DNA of 48,808 nucleotides, the filler included, from Sphacelaria rigidula (taxonomy: Eukaryota), in the NCBI GenBank assembly GCA_964200075.2. It is 3 parts of 3 records of this genome, joined end to end, with 100 filler letters (N's around TTAATTAATTAA, not from the genome) between each part and the next. Parts side by side here need not be neighbours in the genome. Positions count along the whole stretch, not along the records: positions 1 to 16,204 come from CAXNAA020001444.1; positions 16,305 to 32,506 come from CAXNAA020001445.1; 1 more part is not named here. One strand, 5' to 3'. The notes beneath the pieces were generated by a model. It was not told the DNA's origin and made no database searches. It saw nothing but the letters and a program-made list of their open reading frames with translations. Below, piece after piece: positions 11,501-22,101 of the stretch. The position numbers and the translations under genes are program-made. Position 1 is the first letter of the stretch. Every line of letters starts with the position of its first letter.

Positions 11501-14500
11501 AGGTGAAAACTATGGATAGTGGTCAATCTTCCACCGGCGGACTAACGAGTTTTATTTTGCTACCGATGGCAAACGGCGTTTTTCCTCCCACAGTTAGCAC
11601 TCTCCCCACGCACCCGCAGAAGCACAGCACCCCCCAAACATCAACCATCACAGTCTTGGACACCGGTCGAAATCAAAGTACTTCAGTAACACTTCAACGT
11701 TCCTCTAGGCCCATGAGTCATGGATTAGCTAGGGTCGTATTCAATAAACAGTTCGAGAAATATGTTTCGGGAAGGCTACGGTACACAGAGTAGGGTATTT
11801 TGAGGTGTTGATATCCTGAGTTCTTCTGAAAACTGAGTAGTCTTGGCTGTCAATGCTCTGGTTACCCAGGGAAACTGAGGGGACTCTGCAGTCGGCGCCC
11901 TGGTTACCCCGAAATACCAAGATTTTTAGGCAGTTGGTACCCTGGGTCTGCGGAGTCTTCAGTCCTTCTACTTTGAACTTCGGGGACAAGGTGGGGTATT
12001 CATTGCTTTCGGCAGTCGGCTCCCTGGGTCCCTGGAGTACTCGTACCCGGTACATACTACTGCGGGTATTTCACAGGGCCGGTACCTGAGGTACCCAGAC
12101 GCACTCCGTACTCTCGGCAGTCGATTTCCGTGCGTACCCGGGGTACAACACCTCGTAATTGTATGCAGTATTCCGGGTACCAGACCGGGTGATTCGGGGA
12201 TTGGGTACCCGAGATACACCGAGGTATTCGCTACTTTCCTCCGTTGATACCCTGCGTACCGTGGAATATTGGGTACATCAACTCCTGAAAATCTAGCGTG
12301 CCTCCGGTGCACGGGCTCTACCCTAAGCGATTTTTTGTTGTTGAACACAACTTACTGGAACATGAGAGCAACCAACTACGTTTCTTCTACAGATATTTAT
12401 ACCAAATATGCAATTTTTCAACAAGATCACGTATTACTGTACAGGTAACAAGACTCAAAACACCAGTTTCTTGCCTTTGCTCCCTAGCCTTCCAGTGCAG
12501 ATTGCTGTTCAATACTGGGCACGCACCCTGTAAAATGGAGAACTCCATGCGTGGATATTTTAGGCACTTTTGAATACTGAGTACGTTTGGCAAATCCATA
12601 CCCTGGCTACCCTGAGATACTGAGTCTTTTTGGCAGGTGATACCCTGAGTACCTGGAATACAGAGTATTTTCAGCAGTCGAAACCCCGGGTACCTGGCGT
12701 ACTCAGTACCTTCATTTCAGTACTCCAGGGACGAGACCGGGCACGGCGGGTACCCGAGGCACGAGCCGGTACCCTGGGTACGCGGAGTACTCAGTGCCTG
12801 TCGTTGATTAATGCCTCGTTGTACCCAGTACTTTTTGGCAGTCATTACTCTGCGTACTGTGGGATACTGTGTAACCCTGCAGATACAGCGCACTCGGAGG
12901 TACGTACCCTACCCTCAGCACCCTCAAAGTAATTAAAGCCACATGCCCACAATCGTGTAGGTTTGATGCCATACCATGAAGAGTTGTTTTCCACGTAAGA
13001 AACAAGAAGCTATTGATGGTTTGGAATCAGCCCTAAACCCGAATCACAGACCCAGAGTAAGTGGTGAAGTGGTTCCGAAATCCTTTACTGTAGAGCGATG
13101 CCCACAGTAACTTCATGTTAGCATACGGTTACGGATGGTGCACATACTGTAGCGAGAGTTCCACCGGCGGTGGAAAGGCCTCGTATGAAACCGTTGGTGG
13201 AAGTAAGCACTGTCCCGCAGGAATTCCGCTGCGGACCACGGGAAATGCACCACTGCGACATGTGAAGTATACACTGGGAATATCTTGCAAGAGCGTAACT
13301 TTGGCTGGTAGCAGACCCGTTTGAGCTGGAGATGCTCTAGGTAGGTGTGCACTCGTCCTCCGGGAGAGATCAGAGAAGGCCTCGCGAACGTAGCGGGCGC
13401 GTAGGATGATCTTGTTGGGAAAGCGAGAGGTACTTAAAATGCATATCAGGCTGTCAACCCTATTACAGCGCGGAAGGGATCTGAGCGCGGAAGTGGTGGC
13501 TCGTATTTGTAACAGCGCAAGCTGTGTAGCCTTCCGACAATCGAACTCATCTTTACGACGTCGGGACGGAGGGACACGTCGGTACGCGAGCCCGGGCTGC
13601 GTGAAGCAAGGGTTAGACCCCCGGCTGCTAGCCACATCCGTCATTCCTGGGGATTCCACGCCAGGCTGATTCGACCATAGGATTGTTTGAGTGTTCAGGG
13701 TAGCAGAACGCGAGATATTCAGCAAGCGTCAAATTCTGCTTGTGTACCCCGGATGGGGCTTCGTTACAAGTAGCGTCGCTATCCAATGTTCAGCAGGCAT
13801 CAACGAGCTCGATGAAGTGTGTAACTACAAAAATTCAGGGGCTTTGTAACTCCTTTTCACAACACAGCAGCTAACCCCAAATGAAGAGCGGGTTGTGTTT
13901 CCATAAAGCCATATCAAGTCATTGAACTGACGTTAAGTGATCTTATGGCTGCTGCGGACTTGGCCCAATTCTTGTCCTCCATGTGGAGAAGCAAGACAGG
14001 GGTAGGGGGGGGCTTTGCTGTCGCGGGGAATTCGAGCTGTGTCCTGTTTACAGTCAGAATGTTTCAAACAGTTTGGTTGACGGTAAGTTAGGGATCCGAG
14101 GTTTGGGTGACAAAATTTACAGCACCTGGCCAATAACGTGAAGCAAAAATCTGGAGAGGGACGCACAGTGAGGGGGCCGGGAGGTGGTGTTGACAGCACA
14201 ACGGAATAGTGCTTTAACGGAAATCGGATGGGGGATAACGGGGTGCATTCTATGTCCTCCGCCTCCCTGAAAAGGTTGGATAGATGAATGTGCGGCAGAG
14301 GGGGGGGGGAGGAAAGTCTTCCAGCCATTCTGAACTCGAACGATTCGTTGCCGCGTAGGCATAAGTGTACAGGAGATTATATCTATTTGGGGTGTGCACA
14401 CAACCGCATGGGCACGCAACCGTCATGGGCACCCAACCGTCGGGGGTCTCGTTTCGGGTGTACAGAACGGTAGTGCATACGCACATATTATCATTCTTCG

Positions 14501-15675
14501 CTGTGTGAAGTCATTGTACCGTGCGTAATGGTTTGGAGGCTTGGACTGCCCGCCACGCACCAAGTAGAACCACGGGACGGCGTATTATGAAAGCCGCATC
14601 GCGTGTCATGAAATACACGGCAGATTGTGGACCGTCGCATCCAGCACCGGCTTGGGCGGCAAAGGCAGCGGGTGATCAAGCGACTTCGGAGGGCGCGGGA
14701 GGTGCGGGAGGCCGACGAGAGGCAGATAGCTATGAGGCTGGAGCAGGCGCATCAGGTAAGGCTCACCCATGAGAACGGCTTGATAGTTTGCAGGTGAGTG
14801 GGGGAAGGGTTGAACTACTGCGCCCCTGTAGCAAACGCGATTGATGCTTTGAGGTGTTGCGCCCATGTCTTGACTGCTGCTTTTGACCAAGCACTGTGCT
14901 CGGGCAAAGAATATCTCCCGCTGTGGTTCCACACCCGAAAGTATGTCGCGCGGGACGGGGGGTGGCCCAGTATGGATGCTGACGGTTTTTGACGATTGTT
15001 TTGTGCTGTTGTTCTCCACCTCATCCGGCCCAACCCCGTCACCACGTGCCACGTCATGACATGTGCTTTTTCATTGGTCATGTGACCACACCGACAGCGT
15101 CCTTGCCCCTCCGCTACGGTATCACAGCAATACAATCAACACCAATTGGCATGGTGTGCGACACACGATAACACCATGGGCTGCTTCCAATTTTTTGCGA
15201 TATTTGCCCAAACATGAGTAAATGGCCTTGTGTCTCATGGAGAGGTCGCTTTTTCTGGATCCTTCACCTTGGTCGAACATATTTCCGACAGCTGACCCTT
15301 TTTTGGTCCGCTTGCTCCTGCTACTAGTGCGCGATGTATCGTGCTGAGAATTCTGTGTTGGGACATAAGAACGCTCCAAAATCTCCATGTGCATAGCGCT
15401 AGCATCCGATGTATGTGTTCATTCCCTTGACGCCCCGCCCCCGCCGCTCTCTCCTCTCGCCGCCCCCTCGCTGATTCCTTCATGCCCATGTGCCCCGGTC
15501 AGATCGCCCAACTTAAGCAAGCGAAGGCAGAGCTAGCTTGGCTCAACGCCGAGGAGGAAGCGAGGACGTTGGAGAAAAAACTGGCAGAGGAGAAGGAGGG
15601 CTTGCGAAAATTGATGCTGTTTTGTCAGTCCAAGGCACGAGACGATATCGCAGCCAAGGCGGAAGCTGTGGAGAG
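4910..15675 (+). CDS. Gene 1, partial at both ends: charged coiled-coil / low-complexity protein, about 720 aa visible. Exons 4910-5090, 6148-6315, 6925-7218, 7867-8886, 11028-11216, 14624-14755, 15503-15675
   Basis: Seven exons with AG acceptors and GT donors (first donor probably GC at 5091) join in one frame without stops, and all six internal junctions are phase 0. Peptides include MRLEELRRLELERQ, VERRKEEAERVTMAEED, MMLKLRMERQEQLARK, an acidic Gly/Ser-rich 340-aa exon, AKKKRRKKK-poly-Ala, RLRRAREVREADERQ and LEKKLAEEKEGLRK. The last visible donor (AG|gtattc, phase 2) lies shortly before an assembly gap. Confidence 0.8.
6696..6768 (+). repeat. Conserved about 72-bp dispersed repeat core, copy 1
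   Basis: gtgctccgtctcgaaagggatgcgtggtcaatggtcaaatgactaaggcaagcaacaaatgagtacgccccc. Also at 24161-24232 (-) and 48127-48199 (+). An (ATCA/ATCG)n tract follows at about 6803-6835. Confidence 0.9.
8545..8580 (+). repeat. (TCG)12 coding microsatellite, poly-Ser in gene 1
   Basis: Direct reading of the sequence, in frame within exon 7867-8886. Confidence 0.95.
9000..10120 (-). mobile_element. Degenerate DIRS/Ngaro-like retroelement RT-RNaseH remnant in an intron of gene 1
   Basis: Frameshifted minus-strand peptides in the expected order: PGTRLTLWCRELD (cf. PxTxLxFLGxELD), RRLPFDKLSRL (cf. RLPxDKLxRL), HIELKALVSGLCVAW (cf. RNase H HIxxLELxA...W). Motifs matched by eye only. Confidence 0.5.
10128..10722. 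mobile_element. Stowaway/Tc1-mariner-type MITE, 595 bp, TA target-site duplication
   Basis: TA|CTCCCTCTGTCTCATAAGTCT ... AGACTTATGAGACAGAGGAAG|TA. 21-bp TIR with one mismatch, extending via cgttatgtt/aacataacg. Terminus resembles the Stowaway CTCCCTCCGT consensus. Interior is non-coding. Confidence 0.85.
11115..11156 (+). repeat. (GCA/GCC/GCG)14 coding repeat, poly-Ala in gene 1
   Basis: In frame in exon 11028-11216, directly after the basic run KKKRRKKK. Confidence 0.95.
11787..12916. repeat. GTAC-rich subrepeat (foldback-like) non-autonomous element
   Basis: Dense GGTACCC/GAGTACTC/GGGTAC motifs in two blocks around a spacer at about 12290-12560. Ends gagtagggta / taccctaccc are inverted. 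Confidence 0.55.
12950..14300 (-). mobile_element. Highly degenerate retroelement-like coding remnant, possibly DIRS-like
   Basis: Broken minus-strand frames. CTPLSPIRF resembles the pre-RT TPLxP motif. No catalytic motif could be identified. Confidence 0.25.
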
Positions 15676-16125
15676 GTATTCATTGTCAGGTCGATACATT
15701 TCTCACGACTTCCTATGCGCACGGCAGTTCTCCTGCGGGTAAAGCGGCATGCTTGGCAACTCACGGCTGCACACGCACACACATGCACACACACGTATAT
15801 ATATATACCCCATTTGAGTTGTTGGAGCAAAATGGGCCGTCCTGGTTCAATGTGCTACGAAGTATATGTTTCGTGAACTCGTGACAAGAGGATGCGAGTG
15901 GCTGTCTTTGTGTTCTGTCGCGGGACTTGTTCCCTGGCACACACTTTGCGTTGTACCTCGAACATTCCTCGATCAAAAACTCACGTTTTTGCTTAAAGTC
16001 AAGAGACCAGGCATGCCTTCCTCTGTGCTCCACACGATAGCATCAATCATCCTCCAATAAGACGCCATGATGTCGGCCCATATCGTCTTCCCTTCCTTCC
16101 CCCCCCCCCCCCCCCCCCCCCCCCC

Positions 16126-16156
<31 letters not shown>

Positions 16157-16204
16157 ACCGACCTCAACCACACACACACCCCCCCCCAAAAACAAAAAAA
16201 CAAA

Positions 16205-16304
16205 NNNNNNNNNNNNNNNNNNNNNNNNNNNNNNNNNNNNNNNNNNNNTTAATTAATTAANNNNNNNNNNNNNNNNNNNNNNNNNNNNNNNNNNNNNNNN
16301 NNNN
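16205..16304. other. Artificial contig join (N44-TTAATTAATTAA-N44)
   Basis: Six-frame stop linker at 16249-16260 flanked by Ns, preceded by a long poly-C tract at about 16100-16156. Confidence 0.98.
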
Positions 16305-16480
16305 TCGAAATATGGTTCCATTTCTTTACCAACTGGCAGCTAATTATAACTGCTACATGTCCTGAAAATTTGGATGTTTTAATCCTCCGGGTTCTCATCC
16401 TCAATGAAAAGCACCATCCTCAACATAGATGATCGGCTGTTAGCAGTGATCCAGCAGTTCTTCTTCTGGCTGGCGTCACA

Positions 16481-17192
16481 GGCCCAAAATAAAAGTGCGG
16501 CCAGCGGGAAACGCAAAGTTGCCCTGGAACAATCTCAACGAGTAGAAGAGCAAATCATCCCAAGGCGTCAACATCCGCCTAGCCTCTTTTCCGGCGTAAA
16601 CCGACGGAGAAGGGCCCAAAAGTAGTTTTCGACAGGAGCTTTGAATGACTCCCATTAGAGTTGACCTTAGCACATAATTTCGATCGAAACAGTGCAGTGG
16701 AAAATAAATATTCCAATTTGAGGCCTACTCTAATGGGAGCCGTTCAAAATTTCTGTCGAAAACTGCCTTCGGGTCCTTCTCCGTCGATTTACGCCCGAAA
16801 AGGGGGCTAGGCGGATGTTGACGCCTTGGAATAACTTGCTCTACTCGTTGAGACCGTTTTAAGGCAACTTTGCATTTCCCGCTGGCCGCAGTACTTTGTT
16901 ATTTGGCCAAATGAGGCCACACACGTATTTTTAGCAAAACATGGCCAGGTGATCAAAATTTCCCCTTGTTTTTTTATCGATTGACCATTTTTGTTGAAAA
17001 ACCGTGTTTTGCCAAAAATGAAAGTGCGGCCAGCGGGAAATGCAAAGTTGCCCTCGAACGGCCTCAATGAGTAGAGCAAGTCATTCCGAGGCGTCAACAT
17101 CCGCCTAGCCCTCTGTTCAGGCGTAAAATTACAGAGAAGGGTCGAAAAGACAGTTTTCGACTAAATTTTTCAACGGCTCCCAGTATTAGAGT
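16481..17192. mobile_element. Foldback element with three alternating arms of about 185 bp (16481-16665 fwd, 16722-16910 rev, 17010-17192 fwd)
   Basis: aaagtgcggccagcgggaaa(c/t)gcaaagttgccct...ggcgtcaacatccgcctagcc occurs twice directly and once, imperfectly, as reverse complement. Related to 2715-3197. Confidence 0.85.
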
Positions 17193-17202
17193 CCGTCCGA
17201 TA

Positions 17203-17257
17203 GGTCGTGATTTCAACCATCTTCAAAATAAACTACCGTACAGTTGAAATCACGACC
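17203..17257. repeat. 15-bp perfect inverted repeat hairpin
   Basis: ggtcgtgatttcaac (17203-17217) and gttgaaatcacgacc (17243-17257). Confidence 0.85.
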
Positions 17258-17342
17258 CACCAGATCGGAGTTTTCCGTTTCCACCGCATATTTTCGATCA
17301 AAAAATGAATTACCAAGATCATTTTTTTATGAAAGCCAGTCC

Positions 17343-17682
17343 GTATTCGTATCAATATGAGTATTTCAGCCCGTCTACAACAGGCGATTCCCCCCCCGTG
17401 GACTGATTTCTCGGACTCCAGTCCATCGGCCTTTTTTTTCGGCCATGATAGCTGTGAGGAACCAGATCAATTCTCCGATTCTCTGGACGTTGACTTTTGG
17501 TTTATCACCTTTCTGCTCACATCGGGACACTCCCGCATCTCCCCCAAAATTTGGGCGAGAAGTGATCTGGTTCCTCACAGCTAGCCGGAAAACATTGCCC
17601 AAGGACTGGGGTCCGAAAAATCAATCCTCGGGCGGAGACAATCGCCTGTACACGAGCTGAAATCCTCATGTTTGTACAAATA
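17343..17682. mobile_element. MITE-like inverted repeat, about 340 bp
   Basis: atgagtatttcagc...tagctgtgaggaaccagatca is mirrored by tgatctggttcctcacagcta...gctgaaatcctcat. Confidence 0.8.
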
Positions 17683-18863
17683 TACAGAATAGTTGCCATA
17701 AAAAGTGGTCCAAGACACGCCCTTAGGGGGACTATATACTGTTCCGAGGCAAGGCCTCTTGGTCGAAGAAGTAATCGAAAGCAATGATGTGCTCGCTGCA
17801 GCAGCTTCAAGGCCTCGCCTCGTGTGCTGGTACGATGGCTCCTCCACCAAAGACTCACGAAATTAGAATCTCACGAAGAGACCACGGCCCTACATGTATG
17901 CAGTATTTAGATTACACGAACCACCAGCGTAACACCACTTTTGAATATTGGCGAAAGCGTTCTCTGTCCAGTTTCAAACAAGTACCTGCGTTATGGAGGT
18001 CGGGATACGCATCTATCAATTTGATTCCCATAGTCAAAAGAAAGCGTTCAGCAGGCAATTCCCCGAGCTGCCTGGACTTGGACCTGTCGACAACCAGCGG
18101 TCGCTCGTTCGTTACAATTCCTGCCGCTCGAGTCCTCGAAGCGCGGGCACACAACGCACAACACACGATGTATTTAGTGTGCAAATGGTTGACATAACGT
18201 TCTCGGAATTTCAGGATTTTGAGCTAACCCCAAGGCATACGAGACCACTCGGACAAAGGAGGGCAAAAATCTCCCTCCTTGTGAAAAGGATGCTCCACGG
18301 AAAGTGTGCGTTGGGTGTTGGTTGGCAGAACTCAAATCGGCGCCAGTTTGGACAAAAAGGTGTTCTGGGCAAGCTAGGAGTACTCGGGACTGTCAGCCCC
18401 TCTAAAGATCTACATAATCATGTGTTGTCTAAAATCAAGTGAGAATGCATGACCTCTACTTCCTGTTGAAACCGTTGCTGTTCGTGTCGCCGAGATGTCG
18501 CCAGAAATCTTGCGCCCATCTTGCACCATTTGTTTTGAAGTGACGAGAAAGAATACCACCGGCGGATGGTGAGTCTGTTGTCTTGATTGTCTTTTGCATC
18601 TGCAGAGCTACGACAGTCAACTCCGCCGAAAGTTGAGAGGTGTCATTGAAACGATTGGTATTCACAATATTTTAAGAGCGAAAAGCAGGATTTTCGTTCC
18701 GCCTTGTCGTGTCGCGGGGTGCGGGACCTTCTTTCTGGAGAAAGTCGTTGCTCCCGAAAACTTTGTAGAGGGGAGTGTTATACATCGTCATCTCTCGAAA
18801 CTACTTGCTCATTTTGGACAGCAGCGTGACGCGCTGGGCTACGTGGGCATCCTCATAACGATC

Positions 18864-20078
18864 ATGATGTATCCGGATGAGCCACCTGAAGGCCAACAGC
18901 AGAAAGCGACTGGTGTCGAAGTACAGCTTGATGGCAGAGAACTTCGGGGTTCAGGCAGGTCGTTGTTTTTTTGTCCAGGAATCACTGTTATCATGTTGTG
19001 CGTGCTAGGACTGCTGGCAATCGGTGTTTTCGACACAGACGGGAACATGCCTCACAACCCACAGCACGCCGGCATGAGTCCCCCTCTAACGCAGTACGTC
19101 GATTCGTTCGGCGAGGAGGGAAAGGTGCACGAAGAAGGGGAGAACGACTCAGGCAAGAAGAATGAGGAGCTGGAACCCTCGCAGTATATCAAACGGGAGC
19201 GTCCTCATGGGGTGCATAGTCTGAACCTCGGATTCGACAACCGTGACTCGGGCTATGATCCGGTGAGTATACTTTTCGAGTACTGACTGTCACGAGGGAA
19301 ATGAAATGCGTTGGACGTTGCTCAATTCAGGCGAACGCACGCACAGTACAGATGGAAGTATTGCGGTGCTGATGTGGCACAGAACTACCCGTTTCCCCCC
19401 TCGACAAATACCACCACGCTATGCTGTTGGCTAGGCACACCGAAGTTGCACTTTTCTGCAAACAAAATCTGCGAGACTCATTCAATCAATCAAATGAGAT
19501 GTGCCCCTTGTACCGGTCAGGAAGGCATGAAGATTGACATTTGTCACTGTTTTGTGTCGGTTCAACATTCGTCTCTCATGCAGCACGGTTTCAGCAAAAC
19601 GAAGAAGACCGTGCCAAATGGGCGACAACAGATGAGTAATGACGACCGAGACCCATCGGTAACCTCGGAGATGCAAAGCAGGCGACCTCCGGGTGACTCG
19701 GTAGTGGCAACTGAAGCAGCGAATGGGACAGAAGACCGGGGACCACAATATACGCCTTCTGGCGGTTACGGCCTTCGCGGGGCAACTTCTGGCAAGAAAT
19801 ATCGAGCGGGTGTGACATCCCGGACTGAAGCGGTCTCGACCCACCACATAAGGGGGTCGGTTGGTGGCGACCGTAGCAGTGGTGTGAGGGTGGGGGGATG
19901 GGAATCTTGGGTTGATCAAGATGATGATGTTGACTTTGGGCCGCATCATAGTGCAGAGGGTAAACGAAGAGAGGAGCAATGGCAATCTTGGGAGGATCAT
20001 GATGACGATGTGTTCGAGCCGCCAGGGGATGGCGCAGCAAGCGAGATGGGAGTGAGGCTGGAGGTGCTGATGCCGTAG
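18864..20078 (+). CDS. Gene 2: predicted single-pass (type II) membrane protein, 281 aa. Exons 18864-19262 and 19632-20078
   Basis: ATG at 18864. Hydrophobic stretch LFFCPGITVIMLCVLGLLAIGVF follows basic RELRGSGRS. Consensus donor CCG|gtgagt at 19263, acceptor caacag|ATG at 19632 in phase 0, stop TAG at 20078. The 3' end could splice further at gtgagg near 20052. Confidence 0.72.
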
Positions 20079-20739
20079 TACCAGGGATTTGGAGATGGCG
20101 TGCGAAAGGTGAGGGACCAAAACATACATTTCATTTGAGCTGTCCAGCTGTGGCAGTTGGGTGCCATAACTGTCGGTGTTGTACCGACCGGCATGGCGCT
20201 GCACGACTATGCTGTTCTTAACCGGGGGTAAGGGGTTGTTCGCTCTCCTATAAGTGCCAGGAGGCTTGATCTTTTGAGGTCCCCGTGAGCTAACAACAAC
20301 AGTGTTACATGAATGTGATCAATACACACAGACAACAGTGGTGGTTGCTCAACAGGTGAACGGCGTGGCGTGTTCGGTACGGAATGTACGTGTTTTGTGG
20401 ACGGCGCATGTGGGCGGAGTTGAGTGGTAGCTCGATTTTGTTCTGGAGGCTTGCAAAAGTTTCCTCTCACCTACCGTAGCCAACTGTACAGGGCGAACAC
20501 AAATCGATAGGCGAGGAGTGCGCAGAGATCGGCGTCAGTGGCCCTTTACAAGCCCCTTGGGCACTTGATGCTTCAAATGATTTCGAGTTTTGAGTTCCAT
20601 CTGTAGGGTTTGCAGAAACCCAATGTGGTCGGGGGGGTAGAACTATGAGGTATTTTCGTGCGTACATACTAGAAACGCAAACTTCGACCGAGATCGTTCT
20701 CCCCTTCCCCTGTCTGATACTGTATCGAGACAAAAAAAA

Positions 20740-20869
20740 CAAGCACGAAGAGGAACAAGCGTCCAAAAGCAGCATGTTGATTAGTCGCCGCAACCATGGA
20801 CCCGCCCGACGGTCGATCAACTTGCTGCTTTAGACTTGAGACACGCTTGTTCGTGCTTGTTCCTCTTCG
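20740..20869. repeat. Short hairpin repeat family, further copies at 22135-22240 and 22290-22390
   Basis: gaagaggaacaagcgtccaaaagcagcatgttgat ... atcaacttgctgcttt...gcttgttcctcttc. The aacaagcgtccaaa core recurs at about 22147 and 22303. Confidence 0.75.
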
Positions 20870-20875
20870 ATGATA

Positions 20876-21709
20876 TATGCACGGCCTAATAAAGGGGCGT
20901 GTCTCAGCACATTTTTTTCGATCGAAAACGTGCCCCCCCCTCGACATTATGCGTCCACCGCGTTTTTATCCCCAGTTGGCTTCAACTATCTTTCATCATT
21001 AATAGGCGCGGAAAAGAAGTAAAGAACACAACTTCGTAAGCTTTCCTTCGAAAACATGGGGTCGAAAAGCACGAAGGGACACGTGACTCTAATCTTACAG
21101 ACCACCACGCCAGATACCGCCCGTTCACAGTACCGTCCAAACTCCACACGACTCATTCTCAGCTACCACCGCAACCCTGCAGCATAGAGCACGCATTGAG
21201 CACAGGGATAGAGACAACATAAGTCGGGCACGATGTGTTTACTTTTGTTGGCGAGAACTTCAGAATCTTCTTCCATGCTCTGGATCAGCGGCGGAACTGC
21301 GTGGTATGGTTGGCAACCGACTTGCGTGCACGCTCATGGACATTAGTGTAGGCAGTATAAAGCTGCACGTTGTCCACTTCCTTTCCACGCCACATTGTAA
21401 ACGGAGAGAACAAACAGTCCTGCGCTGTCGGTACTGCACGTCGCCCGCTTCTCTTCCACATCCTACTACTGTACAAAACATGCACACATACACACTCAGG
21501 ACACGCTGTATGCAAACAGTGCAGTGCAGACAGTACAGAATGTCTTTACGAGTACCTGAGGACTTTCACGGTTTTTTCTCGATCAAAAGCTTGCAAATTC
21601 GCTTGGACCCAACTCGAGAAAAATGAGCGAATTTCGGTCAGATCAATTCCACCTCCCCTTTTCTTCGATCGAAAAAAATGTGCTACCCTCGTGATGAAAT
21701 AATGGGCAT
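20876..21709. mobile_element. MITE-like element with long imperfect TIRs, about 830 bp
   Basis: Perfect 19-bp inverted match agcacatttttttcgatcg (20906-20924) / cgatcgaaaaaaatgtgct (21666-21684), plus further inward matches (aagcttt...gaaaaac / gtttttt...aaagctt). Confidence 0.65.
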
Positions 21710-21710
21710 G

Positions 21711-22049
21711 ACTGGTGCCGGTCGCCCCGGTGGCTCAGTTGGTGATCTCGAAACCTTCTGACGGTTGGGTCACGGGTTCAAACCTCGGAGCGATCTGGGA
21801 TTTTTTCGCACACAATGCCCAACAGTGAAAAGCGACTATGTTGTGGGTACACAAAGTTCGACTTGATCGACGAGGCAAAGGGACTGTTGAACCTCCCTTG
21901 CGATAAAACAAAAAGGCAAGCACGCAGAAGGACTGTGGAGAATCGAACAAGAAGAGAAGAATACACTCCCCTGTTGACTTTCCTCCTATATGGCCCCAGC
22001 TGGTGCATATACCGCAAAGTGTAGACGGGCGCCTAGAATAGGTTGGACG

Positions 22050-22096
<47 letters not shown>
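21711..22096 (+). mobile_element. tRNA-derived SINE with (AC)22 tail
   Basis: A-box TGGCTCAGTTGG and B-box GGTTCAAACC. Body of about 250 bp shared with the copy at 24583-24948. (AC)n tail at 22053-22096. Confidence 0.85.

Positions 22097-22101
<5 letters not shown>

Noticed and set aside
16067..16204. Poly-proline / poly-glycine ORFs
   Set aside because: Produced by a poly-C homopolymer at a low-quality contig end.
16249..16260. TTAATTAATTAA palindrome occurring twice (also 32551-32562)
   Set aside because: Scaffolding linker embedded in Ns, not biological.
18594..18863. N-terminal extension of gene 2 given by the ORF track (likewise 19311-19631)
   Set aside because: These start at TTG codons. 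The sequence is better explained as 5' UTR and intron.
19482..20204. 240-aa minus-strand ORF
   Set aside because: Antisense of gene 2 exon 2, with no independent support.
21721..21800. tRNA gene candidate (and its counterpart near 24865-24945)
   Set aside because: A and B boxes are present, but there is no proper acceptor stem and both continue into a shared SINE body.
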